DNA of 64,000 nt from Eledone cirrhosa. Its lineage: Eukaryota. Within the stretch, counting starts at the first letter, position 1; each line of letters starts with the position of its first letter. Where the stretch lies: assembly GCA_964016885.1 (NCBI GenBank), contig OZ024741.1, positions 285,510,001-285,574,000 of the forward strand, read 5' to 3'. Below the pieces are notes generated by a model. That model made no database searches, was not told where the DNA came from, and saw only the letters and a program-made list of their open reading frames with translations. The position numbers were made by a program, and so were the translations under genes. Of the stretch, positions 28,548-43,659 are shown piece after piece.

Positions 28548-28558
28548 ATAATAATAAT

Positions 28559-30804
28559 GCTTTCTTTATTAACCACAAGAGTTGATACAAAGTATAACAT
28601 TAAGGACAACACAGGACAATACAAATGGGCATTTCTGCGTATAAAAAGAACAGAAACACAGTGTGACAAAAGAAAACAATGAAAAATTCCCAATAGGGGG
28701 ACACCTCCGAGGTTTGCTCGTGGACAAAGCCCACAAGAAAAGCCACAGTTACCCTGACCGGTAGGGCAAATGCCCTCTTCCAGCTTTCCTCCTACAATTC
28801 TACAGGCACACGCTCAGAGTAGACCCATTCACACGGGCCATGCTTGCCTCTCTCACCCACCTTTCAACAAACTGGCTGGAGATCAGCCCTTCCCTCTCCA
28901 CCCTGATTTTCCTCTTCAGGTGAAACCTGAAAAAGTTAATGAGGGCGTCACCGAAGGGGAAAGTACCGGTTTTCAACCCTTTCAGACGTGTCCACCATAC
29001 AATCTCTTTTACCATGTCAACCAGGCAGATAAAAACTGCCTGCCCTTCTCGGCTAAAGGAAGGCGGCGGGGCAATCTTCACGATGGATTCAGCTGATAGC
29101 CGGATCCGTTCTACACGTGAGAGCAGGTGTTCGGCATAAACCCACAAATCAGCAATGCTCGGACACTGAACGAGCGCGTGCAGGATGGTTTCATCACCCT
29201 GTGCGCATCTCGGACAGGCTCGGCTTACGGCGCTTCCATGCCTGTAGAGTCTATTCCGAACTGGCAAGGCTCCTCGGTAGCACTGCCAGGCCAGGGATTT
29301 ATGGTAATTGTCCATGGGCCCCGACCCGAAAGTTCTCCCGAAGAGATTGGCTAGTTGGTCTTCGTCGACGCCTAGAGTCTCCCCAAGGACGTCGTTGCTC
29401 TTTCCATCCACTAATCCTCTATAGAAAGCCAAGGTGGAGTTTCCAGCGATTGCATGCCCAGCCCTCCGCGTAGCGGGTGTTGACAGCAGATGGACCGCCT
29501 GATCATCGGAGTACGTCCCTTTCACAAAAGGCGAAATAGAAAACGCTCCAGTGCAGTCAGGCGAGGCTTAGGACAAGGCACGACGGTCAGGCAGTAGTAG
29601 ATGACGGACGCGATGTACGCATTCGCCACCTCCGATCGACCTTTCAAGGATAGCTTCCTTTCTGCCCATTTCTGGGTGAGAGAAAACAACTTGCTCGTGA
29701 CTTCCTCCCAGTTTTTATCCGTCTGGAGGTCCGGACCGAACCAAGCCCCTAGCAATTTAACTGGTCCGTCCGTCCAGCGCCCCGCGACGCTGTTGGGCGG
29801 CATGGACCTGCCTCTCCAGGTGCCGAGTTGCAGGCCTACTGATTTTTCCTGGTTGATCATTGCTCATGTCACCGGTACGTATTCTCTTAGTGTGGTTCCG
29901 ATTGCCTCGATGTGTTTGGTGTTCGACACCACTACGGTGATGTCGTCTGCATAAGCTGACACTGTTCTTCCGCATCCTAGTTCACGTGGGATCACCCTCA
30001 ACGTCTCCAGTTTGTGCAGTAATGGCTCAAGAGTCAACACGTACAAGGACGAGAGAGGACATCCCTGGCGGATCGAGCGCATGATGTTGAACGGTTCCGA
30101 AAGGTGACCGTTCACTCTCACCACTGTGCATGGCCGAAATCCAGCCTCTGACGACAGGCCCAAAGCCAGCTGTTCTTAAGACTGCTGCCAGATAACGATG
30201 GTCGACCCTATCGAAAGCTTTTGACTGATCTAAATGTATCAAAGACCCACCTATGCCAGGTTCCCTAGCTACCCTCTCTACGATGTATCGCATGAGGTGG
30301 AGGTTGTCGTGGATGGATCTGACTGGAATGGCGCATTTTTGCGCCTCTCCCACCAGACCACCAACGACAAGCGCCAAGATATTTGCTAGCACCTTAGCCA
30401 AAATCTTGAAGTCAGTGTTAAGCAGAGTTATGGGCCTGAAATTATCTATGTTATCCCCCTTGTTCGGATCCTTTCTCAGCAGCGCCACCGCTCCTCGGCT
30501 CACAGAGTTGGGAATTCTCCTTTTCTTTTGCCAGTTGCAGTAGACATCCGCCAAAAGGCCTCCGAACAAGTTAGCCATCTGTACGTAAAGTTCATAGGGC
30601 AGACCATCCAAACCAGGCGATTTACCCCTTGTGCAGCCAGTCATTGCCTCCCGTACTTCAGCGGCTGTTATCGGCTTTTCGCAACACTCCGTCTCAGTGG
30701 CCGAGAGCCGCGGCAGCCCGTCGAGGTAGGCATTAAAGTCCATCCCTCGATCCGGCCCACCATTGCCCCCGAACAGCTGAGCGAAGTGTCGCTGAAAAGC
30801 TTCA
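28559..30804 (-). mobile_element. 5'-truncated Tx1/L1-clade LINE (disrupted ORF2: RT + C-terminal Cys motif)
   Basis: KSPGLDGLPYE, NFRPITLLNTDFKILAK, LDQSKAFDRVDH, RQGCPLS, AYADD, CPRC..ET..HAL..C; 3' end AATAAAGAAAGC then (ATT)n(ACT)n. Confidence 0.92.
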
Positions 30805-33599
30805 CTGAAAAGCTTCAGAAAGCAATATATGTGAACTTATAAACACTTAACAACAAACATTTTCCATAACTGGCAATTTGAAACAACTGAAAACAACAAA
30901 CCTTTACGGAGCTCACGATAATACGATTTCCTACGTAGGTTGCCAATAATAATAATAATAATAATTAGGGAAGATACGCACATGGTGGATAGAGTGTTAT
31001 GGAATTGCTCCCGTAAGTTTTTGATTTTTTACATATTTAAAACAATTGTGATAGAATAATTCTTATTACAAATGGAACATAAGATACCAGTCTTAACTCT
31101 CAGGAAGTGACAATGCATCACATTATGTCATAGGGTTCCCATATTTAATAATTAATTTTGTATCAGAAATTTTATAGTAAAAAAAGAAAATGGTTACAAA
31201 CAACAGCCAAATAATTTCACCACCAACACCGCCTCCGCCACCATCACAACTACCACACAAAATTTAGCCAAATACAAACAACACCATCACTATAGTACTA
31301 CTATCCCCTCACCACCGCCACCACTGCATCATCGCTACCACCACTATTCCCTCACTACCTCCTGTTAAGAGAGGGATGGTAGTAGTGTCACTACACATGA
31401 GTAGAAGCGAGATATAAATAGACTGACTTAGTGACCCGGTCAAACAGCTAACAACAACAACAACACCAAAATAATTATTTTTGTTGTATATCTAAACTCT
31501 CTCAAAATGTTTAGTTTAAACGATATCAAATCTAAACTATAATATAATGATAATAATAATAAGCAACAAGTCGAAAGATTATAGAACAGAACACAGACAA
31601 AAACAAATTTCAAAAGTTTTGAACGCAACAACCCCTACTTCCCTCGTAGCTAAAATCAAAAACAGCAGCAGTAGCAACAACACTAGTAACCGATGTTACT
31701 GGCCTTGAAAAACGAAAAACGTAAAGGAAAAAAAAAAAATAATAAGCCAGACATTCAAACATTTTTTAAAGTTTTTATCTATTTATTTATTTATGTTCGT
31801 CTATAGCGTGATGGTGCCACGCTAAAATCACCGGGGGTGATGAAATCACTGGGGGTGATGAAATCACCGGTGGTTATGTAACCATACATTCACCAATCCT
31901 CGATATGAGTGTTTAAATGTCGAACCTAAACAGTTCCAATAACGGTGAAGAGGAGACTGGAACGTCATGTGACAGACTCTCACCCAGCAAGTGCCCCCTG
32001 GCCCAGCAGCAAGGACCTGGCTGTCATCCAAATACTGCTAGTCTTGGAGGAAGAAGAAGAAGGAAAGGGACAAGAACCAACTGGAAGAAAGAATTGAATA
32101 GAACTGTCATGGAATGTTACCTGAAGAGTAACCCCAAGGAAAAAGGCTATAGGAAACGGATGCATAACATCTGGAACATGATTGGTCTATTTAAATTAGA
32201 TGAACAAAAATTGGCCGGGCAGGCTCGGGTAATAAGAACTAATGGATGGATAATCGAGCTGGAACTGGAGGAACTGAGCAGATAGATTAGGTTAGAAATG
32301 GAGAGTGGAGTATGCCAGACAAACGAGCCAGTGGGAAATGAAGTTGAAGAGGTTGAGAGACCTGAGGAAGCATCCGAAGCAGACAATGATCTGAATGCTG
32401 AAATAAATAACATCTGGAACAAAGATAGGGCCATTGAGGAAATGAATGCTGACGGGCTAGGACAAGATTTGGTTAATATCCTAAACTTAGTGGTAGATGA
32501 AATGAACAATGATAGTGGGAAACCTGTGAACCTAAGATTTCTAGACAGGAAAAAGTTAAAAGAAACAAGAGCTAAGGCAAACACAGTCATCCCATACCTT
32601 GAGGCGAGGAACCTTCACCAATGCAACAATATCCTCAAAACAACAGCAAATGCGATGAGGAAATTACTTGGTATAAAAACAAGAGGAAACAACAAACAAG
32701 AAAGATCAGAATCTTGGTGGAAGAAACTACTGAATGGTCAAATCAAGGAAATGAGAAATGACATTGGAAAGCTTGAGTCCCTACTGAATGGGACACTATA
32801 AAATATAGACACTAGAATAGACTGGAAATAACGTACAAAACTAGGAGAACAAGCTAAATATCATAGAGGAACTGAATTGTAGCAAAGAGTGCAAAGATTA
32901 GGCGGTATGAGAGCAGAGTCAGTTAGTATAGACAGAGCCGCATGTTTGACAACAACCAAAAGATGTTGTTTGGACAGATTGAAGGGAAAGAAAGAGGCAA
33001 CGACTTGATCCCTGAGGCAGAACAGACTAAGCCATTCTGGAGAGGAATATAGGAGCAGGATGTTGAACATAATGATCAGGCAGTGTGGATTGAGACAGTA
33101 CAAAAGGAGATTAGTGAACAAGCACACCAACAAACTGATTTGTTGAAACTCTTAAAGGTCAGGCCAAAAAACTAACCAACTGGAAATCACCAGGCCCAGA
33201 TGGTGTGCAGGGTTATTGGATCAAAAATATAACATCCCTCCACCCGAAACTGACAACCCTGTTCAATGACTGCTTGATGTCGGGTGAGGTGCCAGAGTGG
33301 TTGACAAAGGTACCACAGTTCTGGTAATGAAAGACCGAATTAAGGGTAATGATGTTACCAATTATATGCCTATCACATGTCTGTCCGTAATGTGGAACCT
33401 GTTAACAAGCATTGTGTTGCAGGAAATTTACCATCACCTACACATAAACAACTTGTTACCAGACGAACAGAAAGGATGCCGAAAGAAGTCTCGTGGTACA
33501 AAATACCAGTTACTTATTGATAAGATAGTAATGAGGAATTGCAAGAGGAGACACACTGGTCTTGCCATGGGATAGATAGATTACAAAAAGGCATTCGAC

Positions 33600-34412
33600 A
33601 TGGTACCTCATTCTTGGATCACCAAAAGCCTAGAGATCTTCAAGGTGGCAGATAACATCAGACAGTTGCTGAACAAAAGTATGAAGTCCTGGGAAACAGA
33701 GTTAACATCGGGTGGAGAATCGTTGGGAGGCGTGACGATCAAGAGAGGTATCTTCCAGGGAGATAGTTTGTCCCCTCTGCTGTTTGTCCTTTCCCTGATA
33801 CCCCTGACCGTTATATTGCGAAAAATGAGACCAGGATACAAGTTGGGAAAAGGAGAGCTTACCATCAACCACTTCCTCTTCATGGACGATCTTAAACTCT
33901 TTGGGAAGAGTGAGAAGGAGTTGGATGTACTTGTTGACACTATCCGTATTTTCAGCAATGATATATGTATGGAATTTGGTATTAATATGTGTGGAGTCCT
34001 AGTGATGAAGAGGGGTAAATTGAGCAGAAGCAACGGAATCCAGGTACCAACAGGTGAGATGATAAAGGAAATTGACACTGAAGAGGGATGCAAATATTTA
34101 GGTGTTCTGGAGGCAGATGACATCAAGAACAAAAAAATGAAGGAATTGATAAAATCTGAGTACATAAGGAGAGGAAGGATCGTATTAAAATCACATCTAA
34201 ATAGTAGGAATGTCATAAGTGCAGTGAATTCTCGAGCTGTGTCTATTATTAGGTACAGTGCGGGAATTCTGAAATGGAATGTTGCTGAACAAAAAGAAAT
34301 GGATGGGAAGACTAGGAAGCTATTGACTATCTACAACATGTTCCACAAGAGGAGTGATGTGCATAGACTCTACTTAAAGAGATCTGAAGGTGGAAGAGGT
34401 CTTTCAGCATAG
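33600..34412 (+). pseudogene. R4/Dong RT core
   Basis: GIFQGDSLSPL, HFLFMDDLKLF, KYLGV, RLYL.RSEGGRGL. Confidence 0.9.
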
Positions 34413-34426
34413 AGGACTGTGTTCAG

Positions 34427-35317
34427 ATGGAGAAAAATAACCTGCACAAATACGTGACTGACAGTAGGGAGCGAATGCTCAAAATTGTACTGAAGGAGAA
34501 GACAATAGACCAGGGGATGTCCAAGGAGGAAATAACAGCAAGGAGGAAGAGCAACCTTCATGAAAAATCCCTTCATAGTATCTTCTTTGAGAAAACTGAA
34601 TTTAGAGATCCACAGACATGGAACTGGTTAAAAAGAGGGGACCTTAAAAAAGCCACAGAAGGAATGCTAATGGCTGCGCAAGAGCAAGCCCTCAGAACGA
34701 AGTGGGTGAAACATCATATTTACAAGGAGGGGGCTAGCTCTCTGTGTAGGATCTGTGGAGAGAGAGCGGAGACTGTGGCTCACATTGTATCCGAGTGTAA
34801 ACACCTAGCCCAGACTCACTATAAAGGCTGGAGACATGATGTGATGGGCAGGGTGATCCACTGGCACCTATGCAAAGTAAACAATTTACCACATTCTGAG
34901 AAGAGGTATGAGCATAAGCCAGAGTCGGTGATAGAAAACGATCAGGTGAAGGTGCTGTGGGATTTTAGGATACAGGCGGACAAGAAATTAGAGCACAATA
35001 GACCTGACCTGGTGGTTTTGGACAAGGAAAAAAGATCGTGCCTGATTGTAGATGTAGCCTGCCCTTTTGACACGAGAGTGCAAGAAAAGGAGAGGGAGAA
35101 AATTAACCGATACAAGGATTTAAAGTGGGAGTTAAAAAGGATTTGGAACTGCCATGAAATCAAGCTCGTCCCGATTGTCATAGGCGCACTAGGTACTATC
35201 TCAAAGAGTTTCCAAGGATGGTTAAAGAAGATTAGTCCAGACCCGCTTTTTGGAACACTTCAAAAGGCATGCTTGCTGGGAACAGCAAGAACCCTTCGAT
35301 ACGTCCTGAATATCTGA
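34427..35317 (+). pseudogene. R4/Dong CCHC finger + RLE endonuclease
   Basis: AAQEQAL.T, CRICG...ETVAHIVSEC, RHD, LWDF.I..D....HNRPD, VDVACP, PIVIGALG. Confidence 0.9.
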
Positions 35318-36401
35318 GGCTGCAGGTAACGGTTGATATTCATTTCAACAAACTTTCCAGTTAAATAACATCAATGACTGAGACTCAAAGAACAATAATA
35401 ATGATGATAATAATAATAATAAATTGCATAAAAATAATGTATGAATTCTGTATTTAATTTTCTTTTGTGATTTCCGAAATGGTTCCTTCATAAATGGGGG
35501 AAAACAAATAGGATTTGTTAATATCAATAAATGTTTTATTCTTTTGTTATGAAATCTTGTTTGTAGAAATCTTTTCTCGAATTACGGTTTTAGATCAAAT
35601 AAATTGGTATACGACTAAACAAAAGAAGAATATCCTGATCAGTGATCATTGATGATGACTTGAAAATTTCTTGATATAGACAGTTCTTGGAAATGAAGGG
35701 AAAGAAAAAAAGAAAAAAAATATTTTTATTTGCCATGGTTTAGTAATTCCCCAATATCGCAAATGAACCAGTGAAGGCAAAAGCTTTTCAAAATTGTTTC
35801 TTGAAGAAAATAAATAAAACATTTAAAAACCGAATAGGCAATTTATTTACAAATTAATACTACACGTTATAAGTTATTGTTGGACTCCCGTTAGTGTATT
35901 TGTGAAAATTGCACAAATGGAAGCTGTTGAACTGTATCTCTAGGTATTCCTGTTTTTATTATTGATTTACATGTAAACACTACTTTCCAGTAAAATGCAC
36001 TTTATTCAAATTTGTTTTTGTTGGCCATTTTAAGTTATACACACTTTAGTGGAACTATTGTTATGTATGTCTGAAGCATACATGCAATTCTGTATGCGTA
36101 GAATTTCCTACATCATTACAAAATTAATCGTATGGGAAAACTGCCGAGTGTATAAACTATTAATCTCTTTATATATTAATCAGGAATAGTATTGCCCTGC
36201 TTTCCTATAGGAAACCTATCTGTAAACGTAATAATTCTCATAAAATATTGAAGAGGTAAACAGGTCCCCTAATCCTAACTTGTATATCAATTAATTCTGT
36301 GACTATTTTAAGAACATATTTAGTTATAATAACTGCTAAATGAGAAGCTTCTGTCTAACCATATTTAATCCTTGCTTAAATGCTATTTCATGTATTGTAT
36401 A

Positions 36402-37290
36402 CTAGCAGTAAAGCCCGGCGTTGCTCGGGGTCGCTCAGTAGCTGTGTTAAAGTTACATTGTTAAGTTTCTTTCTTGGCTTAAAAACTGTAGTGTCTACTG
36501 TGCAGACTTGCATGTGGTGTTTTTGATTAATATTCCCTCAACCAACAATATGCCTTATGAAGTTAAGAAAACATAACGATAACCCGAATGTTATAACAAA
36601 AGAGGATGCTGGGGATAGAAACTGCACTGGTTATTTATTAACAAAGATCGAAAATGTAAACACTGCAACGCAGAGAAAAACATTAGCGTAACCAAATTAT
36701 CAGTTATGTCTGTCTGCACGCCTATATCACCTCTCTGCACGACTGTCTGTCTGCACGCCTATATCACCTCTCTGCACGACTGTCTGTCTGCACGCGTATA
36801 TCACCTCTCTGCACGACTGTCTGTCTGCACGACTGTCTGTCTGCACGCCTAACGACGAAATATTTGCTTGTTTTACGTAGTCTTTAAATAGACTTGTTTT
36901 CAAGTAAAAATATTGTTTTAAAATGCTTTTAAATGGAAATGAAGCAAAACGGAAGTTTAGTGTTCGAACTGATGAATTTTGCAGGTCAATATTTTGCTGG
37001 CTCAACAACTGTTAATGTCATTTTAAACGCTGAGAAAGCCAGCGTAATTTTTTACGTAAGACGCTCAATGTAAACAGAACAAAGGGAAATAACTGATCAC
37101 TTACGCTCAAAAATCGATACATTATATTCGATTTCGTCACATAGGGTGGGTGAATTTGAAATATTTTTTTCCGATGTCTTCGCTAGGGCTCAATGTACAA
37201 GTATAGCAATTTCGGTGCAATTCCGTGAGAGATTCTAAGAGGAGATGTGTGCCAAAAATCGATAGACAACCACAGTTTTATATATATAGA
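36402..37290 (-). mobile_element. Non-autonomous Helitron, copy 2
   Basis: A|TC...CTAG|T termini; near-identical to 4449-5375 apart from small indels. Confidence 0.85.
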
Positions 37291-39644
37291 TTGATGCCAC
37301 ATAGGAACGACATCAAAGCGTTTCCCGTCCTTTTAAAACAGTGCTCGCGCGGTGTTCAGTCAACGAGCAACAAAATTGTATTCTCGTAAAGGTAAACAGC
37401 GTAGAGAATCAGTTAAACAGAGAGATGTGTTTTAAATTCTGTTTCCACAGTGTAGTACGCGTATGACGACACGTCTTTACCGACTTTGATATAGACATGA
37501 ACTTAACAGAATATAATATCGTGTGCACTATATAATTCAAAATTATGAAATCCAAAACTTAATTTGCTGCTTGTGCGATCCTCCCAAAAAGCCAAATTTT
37601 TAGACTGTCTTCAGCGTAATATATTACTTACAACGGAATTCATAGTATACTAGATACTACGAAACAATATTTCCAAGCGGTAGATAACCAGAATGCTTAG
37701 GGCGCTTGACAAAATAATTGTTTCTACTTTAGGCACAAGGCCAGAAATTACCCAGTGCATTACTGGTACTTTATTTTACGGCATTTAGATACGGATCTAT
37801 ACGTTTTGAATTCAAACTCCACTGGGTTCATCTTTCCAGAGGTCGATAAAATAGAGTACAAGTCGAGGTAACCAACTTAAATTGTTGGTCGTGTGCCTTA
37901 ATTTTGAAACTATTATTCTAACCCTTCTCCTTTTCTAAAATAGGACGTGAAAGATGTGGTGCTTATATAACTTACTTTAGACGTAAGCCGCGGCTCTCGT
38001 TTTATTTGCTGTTAAATCCTAAATGAAGTTTTGAAGTTAGAATGAAACAAATCAATATCGATATTTGTCGAACGGTGTTCAAGCTACTTTCGTTTCATAT
38101 CAACAAAACATTCTACCAGTTAATGCATGTACATAGCTTCCAGTGAAAGTGTCACAAAGGAGTAATAGATTCGTTAATCTTCTTACAGTTTATTGTGTTT
38201 CTACACTTCATATTTATTGTGTTGCTGATAGTCAATTATCCAGTATAACTTACTATTCTATAATACTTCTCTAGACTTTCGGATATTTTCTCATACCAAA
38301 TAACCTTTATTTGATTTATTTGTTATCAAATACTAAGAAAATTGAATGTCTGATAAAATAATCAGCCTGTCGATTATTTGTAATAAGAGTATTTATTGAC
38401 TAGTTAACGATCAGGAAACATCTAATAGATGATAAGTTTTAAATTTCATTCACATAAAATCCGTCTTTCTTAAATAAGCAGATAGGAAGATATAACCTTA
38501 CAATAATTTACAAATAATATAATATTATATACATATATATATATATATATATACACCGAATAATATATATATAAACTGAATAATTACTTTTTCACTTCAT
38601 AAACTTTGGCAGGGTAAGGTTTATTGGTTACATGATATGAATACTTGTATATTGCTAGATAAACACTTGTATATATATATCCATTGAGACGTAGATACAT
38701 ATGAACACACATACAAAAACAGATGAATGCACATGCATACTTACATGCATACATACGCACCCATATACATACATATATATGCACATACATATACACATGT
38801 ATTCATACTAATATAGATATAGGCAGAGCATTTTTGGTGAAGTACTTCGTAACCTGTAATTTATTTACCAAGATGATAAATTTACTCTTCCTCCTGTAGT
38901 TATTGGTTATTTACATTTCTTGCCATAATTATTGGTTATGTTGCTAACGACTCGAGTAGTAATCTTAGAAATCTGGCTTTTTCATAGAAAGAAAATTGCT
39001 ATTAAGCAGGAATGTTTCAAATCAAATATCTGAAAGGAACAGTAGAAATATGCAATGCTTTCCATATATTTACCATATAACAATTTTCTGGTATTATTGT
39101 CTGAATTGAAATGAGTTTCGTTTTTTTTCTTCTTTAGAAATCAACGTATTATATCTAAATAAAAACCAAACGATAAAAGAAAGAGAATTTACTCCAATAA
39201 GGAGAAATACATTCTTCCAAGAATAAAATAAATTACTCAGTTCGTTAGGTATTTCATCTATTTTAGCATAAGTTCTATTTTAATCAGATTTTCATTTTTG
39301 AATTGTTTCTTAGACGCAGTACAAATATTTACATTTCAAAAATTTCCTCTCATATTAGCATATGTAAATTTCTGTACAAAATTTCAAACATATTTGACAA
39401 CTAATTTCAATAAATTTCCTACCACGTTGTCGGAATAAATGCTAAATTTAGGAAGAAATCTTCGGTCAATTAGAAAAATATAAAAAAGACAAAACAAATG
39501 AAGATAGAATTATAATACTGCATCATCACAAATAATATCAAATAAATTCACAAATAAGGATTACTAATTTAATCACAAGTCCAACAATGTTGGTAGAAGG
39601 GAAAGTCGACATCAGTACTTTAATTGTACATTATCGTTTCGAAA

Positions 39645-39800
39645 GGCAGCGAATTGGCAGAGTCGTCAGAACGTCAGGTAGATTGCTTTGTAGCATTTAT
39701 TCCGGCTCTCTGATCTCTGCGTTCAAATCCCACCGAGATCAAATTTGCCTTTCATCCTTTTGAGATCGATAAGAAAAATACCAGTACATGACTGGGATGG
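39645..39800 (+). mobile_element. Diverged tRNA-derived SINE
   Basis: ttggcagagtcgtcaga..gttcaaatccc..tgcctttcatcc..tcgataa. Confidence 0.7.
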
Positions 39801-40353
39801 ATTTTTCCTCTATATCTCTTTCTCATGTTTTATCTCTCTCATTTTATTATCTTTCTCTGGAAGAAATCTGCTGTACTCAGGTGTCGAGAGGGATGGATTC
39901 CAGCAGGCTTGACATAACCAAGAAACGCCGTATATCCATACTGTGCCCTTACAACGCTATCGGGAGTGACAGGACCGTACATACAGTACTGAATACGATC
40001 CTTGCTCTCTCGGGAACCTAGAACGGCAAGCGTCACCCTCGCTATAAGTTCAACGACAAACTTGCCGGAAAGAACCGAGTGAAAACAATACAAATTAATG
40101 TCCATTTAATCGACGACGGGAACTACATATCACTCAATGCCACCAACACCTTAGAAAATAGCATTCAATTGTAGTATTTTGAATAATTGAATTGGAAATG
40201 CCTATAGGTGGAATCTTTAGAGAGGCAGCGTTTCTTTACAAATTTGATGTTGCCGCCAATTTATCCGCATTCTTGCTTTAGCAAATTTCGTATGAGTGAT
40301 AAAAGTGAACACGGAATGACATTTACATATAATATAAAAACAAAATTGAGAAG

Positions 40354-40442
<89 letters not shown>

Positions 40443-40536
40443 CGCGCATGTGTGTGTGTGTGTATGTGTGTATATACATACATATACGCACAGGCACCAT
40501 ATACGTATATATATATATATATATGTAGTATGAATG

Positions 40537-40575
<39 letters not shown>

Positions 40576-40591
40576 ATGTACATATGTATGT

Positions 40592-40679
<88 letters not shown>

Positions 40680-40764
40680 ATGTATATATATATATGTATG
40701 TATATATATATATGTATATATGTATGTGTATATATATAATATATATATATATGTATGTATGTAG

Positions 40765-40872
<108 letters not shown>

Positions 40873-41349
40873 AAATATTTCATCTTTTAAATCTTGTACG
40901 TAAAGAGTTATTTCATGTTGTTCATTTCTGTATTTCGTACTGCTGTCTCCAACCTACCAGCTTACCCGTTGTTCAATGTATCTCCTCTCTCCCTAAATTT
41001 AGTTTCGCTCAACCATTTCTTATTTAACAGTTTTCATAGACATAACTATATCCCCCAACGGGCTGTAGAGGGCGCTGTATGAATAGCGTGAATTTAGCGT
41101 GAATTGCTATATTATCATTTCTTTTATAGATTCAGCAGATTGAAAAAAAAGCAGCAATATCAGTAACAGCATTAGATGTAGCAATAACAGCAATAGCCTT
41201 AACAGCAACAACACTATCAGCAACATCAGCAAATATAATATCAATGGTATCTCACCAAAGAATAAATGTGCATCAGCAATGGCAAACAGCAATATGATTA
41301 ACATCATCATCAACAACAACAACAACTACTACTACTACTACTGCTGCTG

Positions 41350-41402
<53 letters not shown>

Positions 41403-43010
41403 GATAATAATGATAATAATAGTAACAACAACAACAACAATAACAACAACGACGACAACAACAACAACAACAACAATAATAACAATAATGGTAATTTTAA
41501 CTCAACTTTTGTAAAGTCTGTAGTTGTTTGACGTGAAAGGAGTTGATAACAAACACACAAGTCAGAATTATTCGAGTGAAAGAACGGTTGAAGAAAAACT
41601 TACTCAACCAAGATGGCGGTAAAGATATTTTGGCAGAAGTTATACATGTACATAATTCTGGAAAAATTGGGACTGTGTCATGCTTTATGAAGGAATACAA
41701 TAAATCAATGCGAACTCTTTCTTTTTACATGGTGAAACATAAAGGTTAAGTAAGTTGCATTGCTACCGATATTGTAAAGAAAATAATGGATAAGAAAATG
41801 ATAATAATAATAAAAGAAAAAAGATATCATTTGCAATAAAATAACTAAATATATAGGGAAGAATAACAAAAACTCTCAAATAGTTTGTTAATATATGTTC
41901 CTCTAAACAACCATGGCATTGAAAAATGAGTTGAATAGTTTATTAGAAGTAACCATGATTATTTTTCTCTAAGACCATGGAGATGGAACAGAGAGTATTA
42001 CATTTGTGATTTAAAATTTTAACACATTCAGTATTAGCCTTTATCATTCTGTGATCTGTTGCTTACTCTACAGACAGCAACACACAAAGTTGGATGGATC
42101 CCCGACGGTTTTTACGAAGATTGTTACAATTGTTCGATCAAAGGAACAACCTGCTCATGAAATTAAGGTGCAAATGGCTGAGCATTTTACAGACATGTGC
42201 ATCCATAAAGTAATTCTCAGTGAGACTTAAAAACACCGTGTATGGCATTGCTTGACCTTTGAATTTGTAGTACAGTACATACAACGGGTTTCCAAGCTAT
42301 TTCCGCCAACCCAATTTTTCTCACAAGGCATGGTTCCAAAGAAGATACCGCGCAGTGGGATCGTACACAAGGCGTAATGATTACGAAGCAAATTTCTTAA
42401 CCATTCAGTCCAAGTGAATACGAGGACACAACTAAAATTAATAACCCTTTAACAAAAGAATATAGATATGTAGAGGATATTTATATTACTGCCGATATAT
42501 TTGGAAAATTGTCCTTTCAAAACTTGAAAGCTAGTTTTGTCATCTATAACTCGAATGGAAGCATATGTGATTAAAACTCATAGAATATATGCTTCGCTTT
42601 GAATCCTATCTATTACGAAAACAGGGCACTCCATTGTACAGCTGGCACTCACATTAAGAGTTTCAGCGTGAGAATAATTTTAGAACATGACAAATTCCAT
42701 TTTCTGGTGAATAGAGACATAAATATTACGTTTGACGTTATGATAGAGAGTTATCTTCGACCTTATTGACAAATGTGCACTGATCTATTTATTACAGAGG
42801 CGCAGAGAAGACAAACAGGCAGCACTTTGAGGTAATTTCCAGAAAATAAGCGTCTCTACACTCCATGTTGTCTTTATGTGTTGATTGTGAACAAATACTT
42901 TTCAACGGGAATGTGTAAATGTGTATGCAGGTTCCAGAAAATGTGCATCTCAATAAACAAAATGCTCCACACATATATACTCACACACAAACATATATAT
43001 ACATGTACAT

Positions 43011-43071
<61 letters not shown>

Positions 43072-43372
43072 TGTATGTATATATATATATATATATATAT
43101 ATACAGGCATATTGACACACACATATATATATATATACATATATATGTGTGTGTGTATGTGTGTATAATTTAGGTAGTTTAGTCGGATCTGTAACTCTAA
43201 TATGGACCTTGATTCAATCAACTGTGAACAGTTCCTAACTGGCTTTAATCAATAAAATCATTCATATGAAAGTTCGTCATGTAATTCTTAATATACATAC
43301 AGGCATACAGACGCAGGCACAGACACACAGACACACACATACAAACACGCCCACACACACACATACACACAC

Positions 43373-43410
<38 letters not shown>

Positions 43411-43411
43411 T

Positions 43412-43603
43412 TATAACGAAGGAATTGTAGTAAGGAACCAGATGGACCATAACGCACCAGAGTACTCAATACTTAGGGTAGTAGAGTGGGTAATAGGAAA
43501 AAGTGTGACCCCAACGGCAGAGCTCAAGCTGTTTCGAGGACTATTTCTGAAATAGCCGTCGAAAACGCTTGAGCTCTGCCGTCGGGTCATACTTTTTCCT
43601 ATA
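43412..43603. mobile_element. Family E hairpin with tail
   Basis: Arms diverge from ggactatttc-t-gaaatagcc at ~43548. Confidence 0.8.
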
Positions 43604-43605
43604 TT

Positions 43606-43640
<35 letters not shown>

Positions 43641-43659
43641 GTGTGTATGTGTGAGTGTG

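Larger units (their letters stand above)
31795..35392 (+). mobile_element. R4/Dong-clade non-LTR retrotransposon (RT + restriction-like endonuclease), near full length, disrupted
   Basis: GYRKRM..IW N-terminus; KRGIFQGDSLSPLLF, FMDDLK; CRIC..ET..HIVSEC, RHD, RPDLVV..D...K..KI..Y; ends in (AAT)n. Confidence 0.92.

Noticed and set aside
41543-41755. 68-aa ORF with aagATGGCGG and a gtaagt donor-like site
   Set aside because: No recognisable protein motif, no clear acceptor, and the ATGGCG frame stops after 25 codons.
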